Below are positions 18,086 through 33,272 of a stretch of 64,000 nt of DNA, in pieces. The position numbers and the translations under genes are program-made. The stretch comes from the human T2T-CHM13v2.0 reference genome, Homo sapiens, in the NCBI RefSeq assembly GCF_009914755.1, contig NC_060934.1; one strand, given 5' to 3'. Under the pieces are notes generated by a model. The model saw only the letters and a list, made by a program, of their open reading frames with translations. It made no database searches and was not told the DNA's origin. Each line of letters begins with the position of its first letter. Positions within the stretch are counted from its first letter, which is position 1.

Positions 18086-19325
18086 TTGGAGTTTTCCTTC
18101 TTAGTTCACATTCCGACCTGGTGCCCCTCCTGGCATGGGCTGGGGAAATGAAGACTTACTTAGCCCTGAGCTGATGTGAGTGGCTCACGACCTCCACACA
18201 GTGCCCTGTGAGTGGCTAGGCACTCGTCCCAGGTCACTGGGCAGGAGAGAGGGAGGCACCAGGCTAGAGCAAGGTGCAGACAAGGGCCTGGAGCCCAGAA
18301 CTCAAGATGGAAGGTCTAAGACGAGGCAGAAACGTCTACTACGGTAGTCCTGTTCCAAGGATCTCAGCCAGAAAAGGATCTCAGCCAGCAACCTGAGGCC
18401 AGGCCTCCTCTCCCAGACCTCACTTGACCCATGGGCAAAACCAGGGGCAACCCTTTTTGAGGTCCTTCCTTCCTCTGGGATCTCAGGATTTCTGAAGGGG
18501 GCCTCTTTCAGCTTTCACCCCAAATCCTAGACTTACAGACTCACAAAATGTCCACATTGGAAGGGATCATGTTCTAACTTCCTCAGCTTTGCAGCTAAAA
18601 TACACCAGGGACATGGCTTGCTCACATCACACGGGTGTGGCGGAGAGGGTCCATGGTAGAGCTTGGCCTGCAGGCAGCTGACGACAAAACCTGACATCCC
18701 CTCACAGTGCTGCATTGCAAAACGTGTGCCACTTCTGTCCAAGCTGAGCTGGCTTCACTGGTGGTCCCAGTGGGCCCTGCCCTTGGCAACCTACTTGAAG
18801 ACCCCTCCTCCAAGGGCAAAAGGAGACAGTGCAATAAGCATGCTTTAAACAAGGGTCTGCCAAGGCCACTCCTCACAGCCAGAAGGTTCCAGAAACCCTC
18901 AGTGCATCAGCTCACAGTTCCCCCATAACTATGAAGACGAGGGAAGGCAGATAGAGCCCAAGCTCTGCCCCACACACCCCTTCAGTGGCAGGAGCTGGCC
19001 CCAGGGGACCATGTACCTAACTGTGGCTGTGGAATTCCATGGAGTGAGCCACAATCCTAATTAATCCATTAATCACAGAGGCGGTGATTAATAATGGTCG
19101 ACTTTTTTCACAAAGTTTTGTTATGGAGCACATATATAAAACAGAACAGTTTAATAAACCATCATCCCTCAGCTTCAACAATTATCACCTCAAGGCCCAT
19201 CTTGATTCATCCCGAACCCCACCCACACCCCTGTATTGTTTTGAAGCAAATCCCAGACATCATATATTATTTCATCTGTAACTGTTCATATCTCTAAATG
19301 TTAGGAACTTTAAATATAAATACAT

Positions 19326-19608
19326 ACAGATGCTCCTTGACTTATGATAGGGTTACATCCAAATAAAGCCATCATGAGTTGAAAATGCATTTAATGCTGG
19401 CAACACAGCAGTCCCCAACTTATGATGGTTCGACTTATGATTTTTCAACTTTATGATGGTGCAAGAGTGACATGCACTCAATAAAAACCGTAGCCTCATT
19501 GTAACCCCATCAAAAGTGGAGGAGCTGGTTACATCCCTTCTGAAAGTGATGTAACCCCATCATAAAGTTGAAAAACTGTAAGTTCAACCATCTTGAGTCA
19601 GGGACCGT
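19326..19608. mobile_element. MER47 (Tigger-family) MITE
   Basis: TA-flanked TIR CAGATGCTCCTTGACTTATGAT...ATCTTGAGTCAGGGACCGTGTG. Confidence 0.75.
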
Positions 19609-20674
19609 GTGTGTGTGTGAGAGAGAGACAGAGAGTGTGTTTATATAACTAATACGAGAGAGAGAGACAGACAGACAGACAGTGTGTTTATATAACTATA
19701 ATACAGCTGGGACTCTAAGTTGAGATCAGGCTTCTACATCAGCAAAAGACTCAGGTGCTGATTCACCTTAGGAAGAGTATGAGCTTGGAATGCTTGAGGG
19801 GGCACTTGTCAATACAAGAGGGCCAGAAAACCAACCTCCCCAGGACTCTTCCAGGACCACTGAGCTCTACCTAGTGGTGATGCTGCCAACCATCTGCAAA
19901 TGTTTTCCAGAGTCAAAAATGCAGTCCCACAGCCTTGTTTACCACTGTTACCCCAGCATCTGGCTGAATGTGCACCTCATAAATGCAGCTTGAGTGGAAG
20001 AATGGATGGAGTTCTGGGGACTGGCCTCTGCTTTGCCAGTTAGTCAATTTTCTCCTTTATAACCTCTTCCTTCATTGGCTCCTGAGATTATTTAAGTATC
20101 AAATAGGATGTATTTGGCCTGCAGGGCAAGGAACAGCATAATAAACACTTATAAATCCAAGGATCTCAGCAAGGACATCACACTCCCACAATATGCATTT
20201 TGGCCTTCTGTAGAGCAGAACCCACCTGGTGCATGACAGTCAACTGATGGACAGCTTGTTCATTTTCACTATAAGTCTGTTTGCTTCTGAACACCTACCA
20301 TCTACTGCCCCCAGAAGTCTTGCTCAGATCTAACCGGGATGCCCAGGCCTAGCTCAGCCTCACTTAGAAGCAGATAGAGTGATGGGCAGCTCAGTGCTGC
20401 CCGGAATGTGTTCCCTGACACCAGCTTCATATCTTACAAGTTGTGAAGTTAGAAGGCACGCAGTTTAAGGAGCGAGACAGGCAGACAAGAGCAAGAGATT
20501 AGTTGCCCGAAAAGTTTAGAAAATGCTTACTACATATAGTTATGTACTATAACTACACATCCCCTTTCCAGGAAACTGCCAATTTGCAACAGCGTAATAA
20601 AAGCTCTGATAAATCCTGTAACAAAAGTGCCTGCTTAACTCTATCCTCAAATTTCCCAAACTAATTAGGCCATA

Positions 20675-21245
20675 ATAGTAGTTACCATTTATTAAATGCT
20701 TACTATGTGCCAGGCACTGTTAAGTGCTTCACACGGAACTGAACTTTATAACAACCCTATGAGGCAAATACTAAAATTATCCTTCTCATATCAGAAATGA
20801 AGACTGAGGGACAGAGAGGCTGTGTAACTTGCTCAAGGTTATAGCTATTGAATGGCTGAGCCAGGCAGTCTGCTTCCAAAGCCCAGACTTTACCACTACA
20901 CTATACTTCCTCACAGAGCCCACTGGCCCCAGGGACTAGTATTTTAAGAACAGAGCTTTAGAAACACTGGTATGATGAAATAGCATGGAATTCAGAATCA
21001 GGATACCTGGCTTCTAAGTCCGGTTTCACTGTATGAAACTTCATTACATACTTCATTAAAGGTACTTCATTAAAGTACTTCATTAAAGGCAATGGAGGAT
21101 GGTGAGAAGAACACAGACTCTGAAGCCAGACTACCCAGGTTCACATCCTAGTCCTGCTCCCCACCAGCAACGCGATCTTGACAGTTTACGAGACCTTTCT
21201 GCACCTCAGTTTTCCCCATCTGTAAAATGGGGATATTAACAGTTT
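20675..21245. mobile_element. MIR fragments in both orientations
   Basis: GACTGAGG.ACAGAGAGG..TG.TAACTTGCTCAAGGT and CCTCAGTTTTCCCCATCTGTAAAATGGGG cores. Confidence 0.7.
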
Positions 21246-22234
21246 AATACCAAGTTTGTTCCCATTATATCATGTAACATATCATGACATCCTGTTTCTC
21301 CAAAACAAAATAAGAAAGAGAGGACCCTGGGCTATTTGATAATGCCCAGGATGAGAACTGTGGGGACTGAAGGGGGAAGGAGGGGGGTAGGAGAGAAACA
21401 CGGAACTGGGGAGGGTCAGGGCAGTGTGACAGGTGGAGGATGGGAGTGGGGAGCACACTGGCATGGCTGTGTTGGATTTTCCAGCCTCCCAATAGAGAAA
21501 GCACCAACAGGAAATTGGCGCTGTTTTCTTTCCATCCCCTCCACGTGCCTGGGTGTATGGGGGCCTGCTCCACTCCAAGAGTAGAGGGGACAGCGAAGGC
21601 AAGACTGATGGTGGAGGGAGGCCACCGGGCAGGGAGATATGAAAGACCCTCGGAGAGTAAACCTGCCTGGGAGAGGGACCCGCAGAGGCAGGGCCTCAGC
21701 CTGCATGAAGCTCCAACCCTGCGGGCACCAGAGCCTGTCCTCAGAATTTTCACTGAGGTGTGGCATGGATGGGGCCATCTTCTCTCCTCCTGCCTGCCTC
21801 TCCAGACCAGGTGCTGAGAAGGGGGATGGGGGCAAGTGAGGAGGAACTCACTTTCCATACAACGCAGACCGAGAGCACACAGCGTCACACGCAGATCTCT
21901 CCGTCACGCTCCTCCATGGCAGGCTTCCCTGGAAGCCAGGCCACTCCTCTTTGTGGGCAGAGTCACCTCTGAGGCCTGCCCACACCAAACAGGCTCACAT
22001 AAGAGCCAATGCTCAGTCAAATGCTGAGTCCAATTCAGAATTTCTGAGGAGTGGAAAGTGGGCAGCAGAGGAAGAAAGTGACAGAGACACAGTGCTAATA
22101 TCTGGCTGCCTCGCAGGCCAGCACGTGATGGGCACTCAGGTCCTGGAGGACGCTGAGGTTCTTGTAACAGACACAGTGGCAGTGACAGAAAAAGCCCCCC
22201 ACCCAAGTCCTGACTCCAAAGTGTGGCCAGGACC

Positions 22235-22592
22235 TGCTATAGTTTGAATACTTCTGTCTCCCCAAAATTCATTTATTGAAATCCCAACTCCCAGTGTGAT
22301 GACATTTGGAGGCGGGGCCTCTGGAAGGTTATGAGGTTGGAGTCCTCATGAATGGGATTCATGGCCTTATAAAAGAGATCCCAGAGGGCCCAACCCTTTC
22401 CACCATGTGGGGACACAGGGAGAAGGTGCTATCCTATTTGTGAACCAGAAAGTGGGCCCTCACCAGACACTGAGTCTGCTGGCACCTTCATCTTCAACTT
22501 CCAGCCTCCAGAACTGTGAGCAATGTACTTCTGTTGTTTATAAGCCACCCGGTCTATGATATTTTATTACAGCAGCTTGAACGGATTTAGAC
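22235..22592 (+). mobile_element. MLT1A-like MaLR LTR
   Basis: TGCTATAGTTTGAAT...CAGCCTCCAGAACTGTGAG...TATAAGCCACCC. Confidence 0.8.
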
Positions 22593-22604
22593 GGAACCTA
22601 AGGA

Positions 22605-22672
22605 TGCACGCGCATGTGCGCGCGTGCACACACACACACACACACACACACTCTCTCTCTCTCTCACACACT
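22605..22672. repeat. Compound (CG/CA)n(CT)n microsatellite
   Basis: Seen directly. Confidence 0.95.
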
Positions 22673-23565
22673 CCCAAAAAGGGAAACAGTGGGTTGTGTT
22701 TATAAGTGCAGGTGGCAGGGGCGGGGAGGAGACACAGGTCTCTGTCTTTGTTTACCCACTTCCGCAAGGGGAAGCCACCGCCAGTTACACCACCTGAGCA
22801 GAGGGAGCTTCTGCCAGGGCCCGCCTAGGAGGGACCAGCAAAACAATGGTAGTGAGCTGATGTCAATTGGGCACAAGTCCCAGGGTGGCTGAGGCTTCCC
22901 TGTCAATCCCACCCCTCTTAGCTGTCAGGTCACTCCAGTTACTGCAAAGTCCAACCCAGCTTCTCCCAGATCTCCTGGGCCCACAGGGATGTGCCACACC
23001 CCAAGTCCTGTGGTAGTTACTATCTACAAGACAACCCTTGCAGCAGCTCTGCCGGAAGGAAGCAGAAACTTCTCTAAACCCCTCCCTCATTTTGCAGTGG
23101 GAGGTAAAGGGAAGCTCTGCAGCTCCAAGACACTGGGCCTGAGCCTCACTGACATTGGCTTTCACAATGTCTACCCCTAGATTCTTGGCAGGCTTCTACC
23201 ACCCCCAATTACTCTCTCTCACACACTCTAAACCAGCTCCCCCATCTTTTCACGGCCCACACTCCCCCGTCAAGGGCCCCAAACATCACAGGACAGTCAC
23301 AAGGGACTTCTCAATTCTGCTGCATGAGTTTTACCGCAGCCCACACAGCTCTGATATCATCTTCTAACACTGCTGCTAGGCCACTGGGATGGTACACAGG
23401 GTTTGGAGTCCAGTGACAATGATTCCATTCTAGCTCTACCTCTTGTTAGCTGTGTGACCCTGGATATATAGATTGACCACTCTGAGCCTTTCTCCTTTCT
23501 CCTCACCTGTGAAAAGAGGAAAAATGCATCCATCTCATTACACAGCTGTGAGAATGTAGTATTCT

Positions 23566-23568
<3 letters not shown>

Positions 23569-23622
<54 letters not shown>
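23569..23622. repeat. (AT)27 microsatellite
   Basis: Seen directly. Confidence 0.97.
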
Positions 23623-23626
<4 letters not shown>

Positions 23627-24129
23627 CTACAACAGGTATTAGCACACAGCAGGTGCTCAGTTAATTTTAACTTAGTCCCTAGGAGGCATTAGCCTGGAGC
23701 CAAGGTCTGGTTCCTAACGCAACTGCTTGCTGTGTGACCCCCCTGGGCAACTTAACCTCTCCGAACCTCCATTCTATCTGCAAAGACCTGATGTACCCCA
23801 CCTACCTTGGATTACTATGAGGACTAAAAGTAAAAAGAACAGGAACGCGCTTTGTAAAGCAGGACACAGTTATCTTCACTCTGTGACCAACACGCCTAGT
23901 GGCCAAAGAAGCCAGGCTCTGACATTTCGAGAGGGAGAAAAGGGTCACAGATCCTGGGCACACACTAAACTCAGGTGTCAGGCTCCCGCCAGGGGACCAG
24001 CCCAGCCCACACAGTGAGGGGAGTGTCCAGCCAACCCTTAGGGTCCCGGGGCCTCAGGAAAATGCTGGTAAGGGGAGGGGTAGAGGGAGGGCTTTTCAGA
24101 GCCTGAAACTCAGCTACCATCAGCTTCTC

Positions 24130-25470
24130 TGATTAGGTCCCTCAAAGACATCCCCGGTACCTGTGAATGCGTTACTTTAGGTGGCAAAAGGGACTGTCCT
24201 GAGGTGATTAGGGTTACCCGCCATGAAATGGGGAGACTAGCCTAGATTATCCGGGTGGGCCCAATCCAGTGAGAAGCGTCCTTCAAAGCAGAGAGCCTTT
24301 GTTGCTGGGTTAAGGATGAAAAGGAAGAATAAGAAGGACAGAGTCCAAGCATGAGAGGGATTCCACCCATGGAGGAAAAGGGCCAAGTGCCACGGAACTC
24401 AAATGGCCTCTAAAGCTGGAAAGGGCAAGGAAGCATTCACCTCTAGGGCCACCAGACAAAGACACAACCCTGCCAACACCTTCATTTTAGCACCATGAGA
24501 TCCAAAAGACCCTGAGATAAAACTGTAAAGATAAAAAAACCATGTGGTAAAATAGTGCAGCCACTATGGAAAACAGTATGGAGATTCCTCAAAAAATTAA
24601 ACATAGAACTACCATACGATCCAGCAATCTCACTCCTGGGCATACAGGCCGAGTACCTCTCATTCAAAATGTGTGGGATCAGCAATGTTTCAGACATTGT
24701 GGTCTTCAGACCAGATGATTTCAGATTTTGGAATACTGGCATCATACTTACCATTGTGTATCCAAAATCCAAAAATCCAAAATCCAAAATGCTTCAATGA
24801 GCACTTCCTTTGAGCGTCATGTTGGAGCTCACAAAGTTTCGGACTTTGGAACATTTCAGATTTGGGATACTCAACCTATATACCTAAAGGAAATGAAAGC
24901 AGGGACTCCAACAGACATTTGTATACCCATGTTCATAGCAGCCTCATTCACAGTAGTCAAAAGGTGGAAACAACTCAAGTGCCCATTGATGGATGAATGG
25001 ATAAACAAAACAAGATCTCCACATAAAAAGAGAATATCATCCAGCCTCAAAACAGAAGAAAACTGACATATGCTACAATGTGGATAAATCTTCAACACAT
25101 TATGCTAAATGAAACAAGCCAGGCACAAAAGAACAAATACTTCTGATTCCACCTATATGAAGTCTCCAAAGGAGTCAAATTCCTAAGGACAGAAAGTAGA
25201 CTGCTGTTGGCCAGGGCTCAGGTAAGAGGGAATGGGGAGTTTACATTTCCTGAGTACAGAGTCAGTTTGGGAAGATGAGAACCTTCTGGAGATGCATCGT
25301 AATGACTGTTGCACAACGAAGTGAATGTATTTAACACCACTGAACTGCACACCTAACAGTGGGTAAAATGGTAAATTTTACGTTGTGTATATTTTTACCA
25401 CAAAAAGATTGCATGGTTTTAAGCCACAAGTTTGTGGTAATTTGTTACAGCAGTAATTGAAAACTAATTA
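24130..25470 (+). mobile_element. Nested insertion: an MLT1-type LTR split by an L1M 3' fragment (~24545-25405), itself split by Tigger4/MER46 (24645-24878)
   Basis: MLT1 body resumes at TTTAAGCCAC..GTTTGTGGTAATTTGTTACAGCAG; L1 [11 protein letters not shown] peptide; TA-flanked CAGG..GAGTA / TACTCAACCT TIRs. Confidence 0.75.
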
Positions 25471-25595
25471 TTGAAAACTATTTGAGGTGATGGATATATT
25501 AACTAGTTTGCTTTATTTCACATTGTATTCATAGATTATAACATCACTTTGTACTCCATAAATTTACATAATTATAAATGTTAATTTACAATAAA

Positions 25596-26530
<935 letters not shown>

Positions 26531-27399
26531 ACTTTAAAGAAAACTAATATATACAGTGACCATTCCTTCTCTTTCCTTCCAGATCCTTCTATGGCATTCT
26601 CTTTCCAAAGGCCTCTGTTCTCTTTGCATAAGAGCTCTGTGAACATGTCTACCTAACTCAGCCAGCTTTCTTCAACAAGGGAAATATTAAACCACCAAGA
26701 CTACAAAAAAAACCCTTTCCAATGGCACAAGGAGGAACCAGGTGCTCGCCTCTCCCATGTGTCGGGAACAGGCTCGGCACAGGTGTGCTAACTTGAATTA
26801 CCAATCAACATGAGTCACCAGGGGACTTGGGCCCTCAGTGGCTTCCGTGTGGCCAGGCTACGCATGCCCAGTCAGCATTTGCCCAGTCGGATTTGCACAG
26901 GCAGGGCCATCACACCCCATCAGCCAGGACCTCACAACCGGATGCCAGAGGCCAGCTCAGCACCTCAGAGACGACTCAGTTCACTCCCACCAACCCCACC
27001 TCACCCCATTTCACAAATGGTCACACTGACAACCAGAGAGAGGGTTGTGGCATGCCAAGGTGATACAGCAAGACCCTAAGAGGGCTGGTGCTGAATCCCC
27101 CACTCCCAGGCTAGAGCTCATCGTCCCCAGGGCAGGGTGGGTAGAGAGGCTTCCTGTCCTCAGAGCTGCTGGCGGACTCAGGCCCAGTTCTCTAGGATGA
27201 TTCTTTTTGTTCCATCACGGGGGCAGCCCATGGGAGTTCAAGCCTGGGTTGCTGCTTCCTGCCCGAGGCAACAGCAGGTACAGTGGGAAGACCAGCGCTG
27301 AGGAGAGATTAATTTTGCAATATTGGGGAATAACTGCCTTCCAGGAAACACACCGAAGGGGGAAGAGATGTGATAAAATCCTGCCCCTCCTGTACATTT

Positions 27400-28500
27400 C
27401 ACCTATGCACTCTAATCAGATTTTTATGGTCTCCCTCTTCATATAGACAGCAAAGGGTCACAGGACATCTGAGAAAGTCTACACCAAGAAAGGGAGAGAC
27501 CAAAACAGAAGAAAAGGAACCAAAGAAACAGACAACGATGAGAAGTAGAGGACAAAAATATAATCAATAATATCCTCAGAGATAGAAGAGAACCAAAGAA
27601 ACAGACAATGATGAGAAATAGAGGACAAAAATATAATCAATAATATCCTTAGAGACGGAAGAGAAAATGTTATATCCACAAAGCAAAAAGATCAGCAAAG
27701 CAATCATTGTGAAATTTGAGAAGAGAAGAGGCAGAAGATACTAAAACTTTAGAAAAGAAAGAACAAGGGTCCTTTTCAGGGGAACTGGAAGGACACTGGA
27801 CTTCAACAGCCACACTAGAAACTAGAAGATAACAGAATAATGTGTTCAGTGTTCAGAAAGGAAATTATTTTCAGCTTATAATTCTATAGCCAGCTAAATT
27901 ATCCACTACTGGATAGAGATATTTGGAATGGATATTTCTATCCATTAGGGAGGAATAGAGATATTTGCAGGCACACAAGCTTCAAAAACAAAAAACAAAA
28001 CAAAATCTACCTCCCATGCACTTTTCTTAGGAACTTCTGGATGATTTCAGCAAAATGAGACATAAATAAGGAAAATAAAGAAAATAAAATATATAGGATC
28101 TAGGAATAGGAGAATCTAACACAGAAGACTGTAAAAAGAAGTCCCGGGACAACAGCTGAGCAGCAGGCCTGCGGAGCAACCAGACCAGTTTGGAACAATA
28201 GATACACAGAAAATCAGGCCCCCAAGGAGGGAAAGCATCCACCTGAGGAATATTGGGACAGGAAGGATTGTACTCCTAATGTGTGACCACGGCACATTAC
28301 TTGCACAGCATCAAACAATACAATTTATGGTCACAATAATGCATACATTAAATATTGATGTATGTATTGGTTCCTAATCTACCAAGCAGGAAGTCAACAT
28401 ATTTCAAAACTGATAAATTAAGAAACAGTCATATAAGCCTATTAATTAAAAATAGTTAAAAATGATTAACTCTGGAGAAAGGGAAAGAGGAAGGATGTGT
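27400..28500 (+). mobile_element. Ancient L1M fragment (ORF1 region) containing a 73-bp tandem duplication at 27518-27663
   Basis: A-rich, degenerate L1 ORF1-like motifs; two 73-bp units with 5 mismatches. Confidence 0.6.
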
Positions 28501-28675
28501 CAGGGGACTGCTGGCTTCATTATAAGCCTTTTGGATCAACATATTTGGCTTTTTTCGTGTATTATTATAAAATATTTTTACAATATAGCAATAAATACAA
28601 CATATATATGAATTATAAAGCATAATAAAATAAGCATCCTTTATCATCTAACTTTAGAAAGAGAACATTACTTCT

Positions 28676-29150
28676 GCCAGGCGCAATGGCTCACATCTGT
28701 AATCCCAGCACTTTGGGAGGCTGAGGCGGGCAGATCACTTGAGGCCAGGAGTTCGAGACCAGCCTGGCAAACATGTCAAAACCCCGTCTCTACTAAAAAT
28801 ACAGAAATTAGTCTGGCGTGGTGGCGCATGCCTATACTCCCACCTACTCGGGAGGCTGGGGCTGCAGTGAGCCAAGATCGTGCCACTGCACTCCAGCTTG
28901 GGCAACAGAGGGAGACTCTGTCTCAAAAAAAAAAAAAAAAAAGACAGAATATTACTACATTCTTCTTCTTTTTTATTTTTTTGAAGAAGTCTCTTGCTCT
29001 GTCACCCAGGCTGGAATGCAGTGGTGCAATCTCGACTCACTGCAGCCTCAGCCTCCCAAGTAGCTGGGATTATAGGCATGCGCCACCACGCCCAGCTAAT
29101 TTCTGTATTTTTAGTAGAGACAGGGTTTCGCCATGTTGACCAGCCTGGTG
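28676..29150. mobile_element. Tail-to-tail inverted Alu pair (+ 28676-28942; - ~28968-29150)
   Basis: Both Alus carry the same right-arm deletion. Confidence 0.9.
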
Positions 29151-30760
29151 AACTATATTCTTCAACTGCTTTCTGAAAAAACAGGCATATATTTTTTAGG
29201 GGAAAGTTAAAATAAAACACTAGCAGCCAGTCTGTGAGACTGGTACCAACATCTGCAGTAGGTCCAGGTTTTGTGGGGCCTGAAGCTTATACAATTTTAG
29301 GAACCCTCTTCAGGACAAAGAATACAAAAAATCTTAGTTTTTTGCAAATGTTATAAACCATATGACTCTGTGAACTCACTGCTAGTGCCCCTCCCACGGC
29401 CCCTCACTAGGGTGCTACAAGTCCGGGGACCTGAAGCTTCCACTTCATTAGCTTCACAGCAATCCCACCTGGGTTTATGGAGGCACCAGGGGCTGGGCTA
29501 CACCCCCTAGGATAGGGAAGAAAAAAATAAAGTCCTGGCCTGCATCATGCTTTCCCTCTAGCTAGGGAGATAAACACAATAGCGCACTTCCAGGGAAACA
29601 CACACTACAATATTTAAGAGCCACTCCTAGGAAGAGTCGGGGGGGAAGACAAAGAATTCAGAAAATGTGTTCCCTGGCAGTGGAGCATAGGGGCGTCTGA
29701 GAAACTGGCTTCTCTCTGAGGGGCCTTGGCAAATCTAAGCCCTCCCAGCCTCGTCTACCTCACCTATTTTCAATGAGTGCGCCTGCAGGGCCTCAGTGGT
29801 TTGCATGCTGCCTCCCAGAACCTGGGGCTCCTGAAGGTTTTGGAGCTCAATAGCATTATTTCATTGGAGGGAGGAAAGGGCTGCAAAAGGGAGACTCTGG
29901 CTTAAATCCTTCAAAAATATTAAAACAGGAGCTCTGGCAACAAGGGCCCCATATTTCTGCATGGTGACACTCGGCTAGGGCTGGCAACAGCTGCGCACCT
30001 CCCTCCCTCCTTCAGCTGCCGGGCTGTCCTTGCAGGAATCTGCATTTGTGATCACAGGAGTAGAGGTTTACCAGGGCCCTTCCAGTTGGTGTGTTATGAG
30101 CCATCTCATCTCCTTATGAATGGCCGGCACAGACCCGTCTCTCACCACAGGCTGAGGAAGAGAGGCGAAGAAGACTGAAGAGTGTGATGGCAGCAGTGTG
30201 TCCCCCAGCCTCTCCCGGAAAGGCCCTGATGCCCATCAGCCAGTCCTCGGGGCCTGTTCAAACCACTCTGGAAGCCCAGCCCCTTCAAGCCTGGGAGACT
30301 TAACAGAGTGTATATTCCAGCTCCAAATGGCTGAGCACCCCTGCTCTACCTAGAAGCCTCAGGAAACCTTTCCAAATATCCCTTATCAAGGTCTGCTCTT
30401 CAGATGGTGACAATGTCCCCAGTCAGCCGCATGCAACTGGAAGTTCAAGGACCTGCAGCTCACTCTGGAGGAGAAAACACCTTCACTTGGGAATGGGCTG
30501 ACCCTTCTGCAGCTGGCATCCTAAGCTGTGTCAAGCAGTCTGGAGCCAAGAGTCACTCACACTGGGCCACTGAGGAACAGCATGAAAACAGAAGGTACCT
30601 CAGGGACATGCATGATGGAGAGAAGCACAAAAAATGCATGTCCTTAGCCCAGCCCAGCTCAGCACTTTCCCTTTTCAGGACACCTCTGCTTAGGTGGTCC
30701 CTCTAGCTGGTCTGACCTCCTGTCTCCTGGCCTTCCCTGAGTCCAGATGAAGTTCCACCT

Positions 30761-31095
30761 TGTATTAGTCCATTTTCACACTGCTGATAAAGACATAACC
30801 AAGACTGGGCAATTTACAAAAGAAAGAGGTTTAATGGACTCACAGTTCCACGTGGCTGGGGAGGCCTCACAATCATGGCTGAAGGTGAAAGGCACATCTC
30901 ACATGGCAGCAGACAAGAGAAGAGAGTTTGTGCAGGGAAATTTCCCTTTATAAAAGCATCAGATCTTGTGAGACTTATTCACTATCACGAGAATAGCACA
31001 GGAAAGACCTGCCCCATTCAGTTACCTCCCACCAAGTCTCTTCTACAACACGAGGGAATTCGAGATTTGGGTGGGGACACAGCCAAACCATACCA
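30761..31095 (-). mobile_element. THE1-family MaLR LTR
   Basis: TGTATTAGTCCATTTTCACACTGCTGATAAAGACATA...ACAGCCAAACCATA.CA. Confidence 0.9.
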
Positions 31096-32753
31096 TATCT
31101 CTTTCAGGAAGCCCACCCTGATCTCCTATCCACAATGCTCACTCTTCTTGGAACTCTCACAGCACTTGTCCTAAAATGTTTTCCATGTTCTCTAATGTTC
31201 TAATAAGCTCTCCTTTTTCTAACTCCTAGGATAGATACATATATTACATCCCTATATATTACCTCATTAACCTCCACAATGCTCCTATTGGATAGGTATT
31301 ATCATCCTCATTTTATAAGCAAGGGAACGAAGGCTGAGCTGACTCTTGACATGCAAAGGTCACACACCCAAGTGCCAGAGCCAGACACTTTTTTTCTAGG
31401 CCTCCCCATGAGAGCATCAGTGCTACAGGCTGTAGGACAGGCCTCTCTTCCTGTCCCCCACCACCACCTGCCACAGGGCTGGCACTGTGAGGCCCTTGAC
31501 ACATACTGAATACTGGCAGGAACCCCGGTGGACTCTGACTCATTTCTTTCACTCTCTGGGTGGCACCTGTTTCGGTAGCCTCTATTACGTAGGCCCCAGG
31601 AATTCTGGGGGCAGGGAGGACACATCTAGGACATTCCCCTCTCTCCCCCACCTCAAGGCAGGACCTTAAGTGATGTGAGTGGGAGTATGAACATCTCCAG
31701 CTCTACTGAGAAGGGGGTGGGGGCCCTGGGCGTGCACTCCAGAGCCCCAATGTCCTGCCCTTGCTGGTCACAGGTGCCATTAAGTCACCGAAGCCAGCCA
31801 GCCAGCCTCAGGGCAGCACTCCACCAACCCTGACCATATTTTCCCAGGCACTAAACAAAAAGCCTACACAGGTGCTGTTAAGCATTCAACTCCCCACCCA
31901 CATGCCAGGAACTAAAATAGCTGTAGCGTATGTTAATCATTAGCCAGGCTGCACCTCAGACCTCCCCTCTGAGGGCTGGCACCTGGGGCAGCTCAGCCTG
32001 GAGAAACTCCAGACAAGGCAGGCTGGGAGAGTGGCAGCGTCCGGAGCCTCACCAAGGGGCTGAACTTGAGCAAGCAGGTTCTGAAAGACACTTCTTCAAG
32101 ATAAAGTCAATTCCCAGTGCACTAGCATTTGGATTACATAAGAATCCTAAAATACTGGAGCTGGAAAGGGCCTTCATGAAATCATTTCATTCAACCTGTT
32201 TATTTTATTTGAGGTGGGAGCTGAGACCCAGAGAGCAGAAAGACTCTGCCTGAGGTCTCAGAGCTGGCTGGGGGCAGGACAATGACTAGAACCACATCTC
32301 TGGATTTCCAGGCCAGTGCATTATGAACCAGGCTGGTCCCCAACCACTCAACGTATTTCTGGGCTCCATCACACCTTCTCAGGCTGGAGAATGGACTTGA
32401 GAAATACAAAGGTTAAACCCCGGAAAGAGAAGAAAGTTACTACTGCCTCCCAAATAATGTCCCATATAATCAAGCCACTCAGAAAAGTACCAGCCACTCC
32501 ATAGGAGCCTTATGACCCTGTTTCTCTCCAGATCCCCTCCCTATGTGTGATGACAACAGAGAATGGGGGTTGGCAACCACTGCTCTGATCTCTCAAGGAT
32601 ATTACCAGCCACGGAGACCGAACATCACCCCCACCTCAGTTCAGGGTTCAAATAGCCTCTGCCCTCAAACTCTCCTAGAAACAGTCACCTAGGTGTCATA
32701 TTTGGGGTTGAAGAAGGGAAGTTGGGAGGAGGTAGCACAAAAAAATAACCCCT

Positions 32754-33272
<519 letters not shown>

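Noticed and set aside
21046-21090. Short direct repeats (TACTTCATTAAAG x3; also 18357-18390 and 6099-6120) as a CRISPR-like array
   Set aside because: No unique spacers, human intronic context; ordinary slippage duplications
21265-21888. 207-aa minus-strand ORF in the large intron
   Set aside because: No recognisable homology, non-ATG start and overlapping ORFs in several frames, all typical of chance
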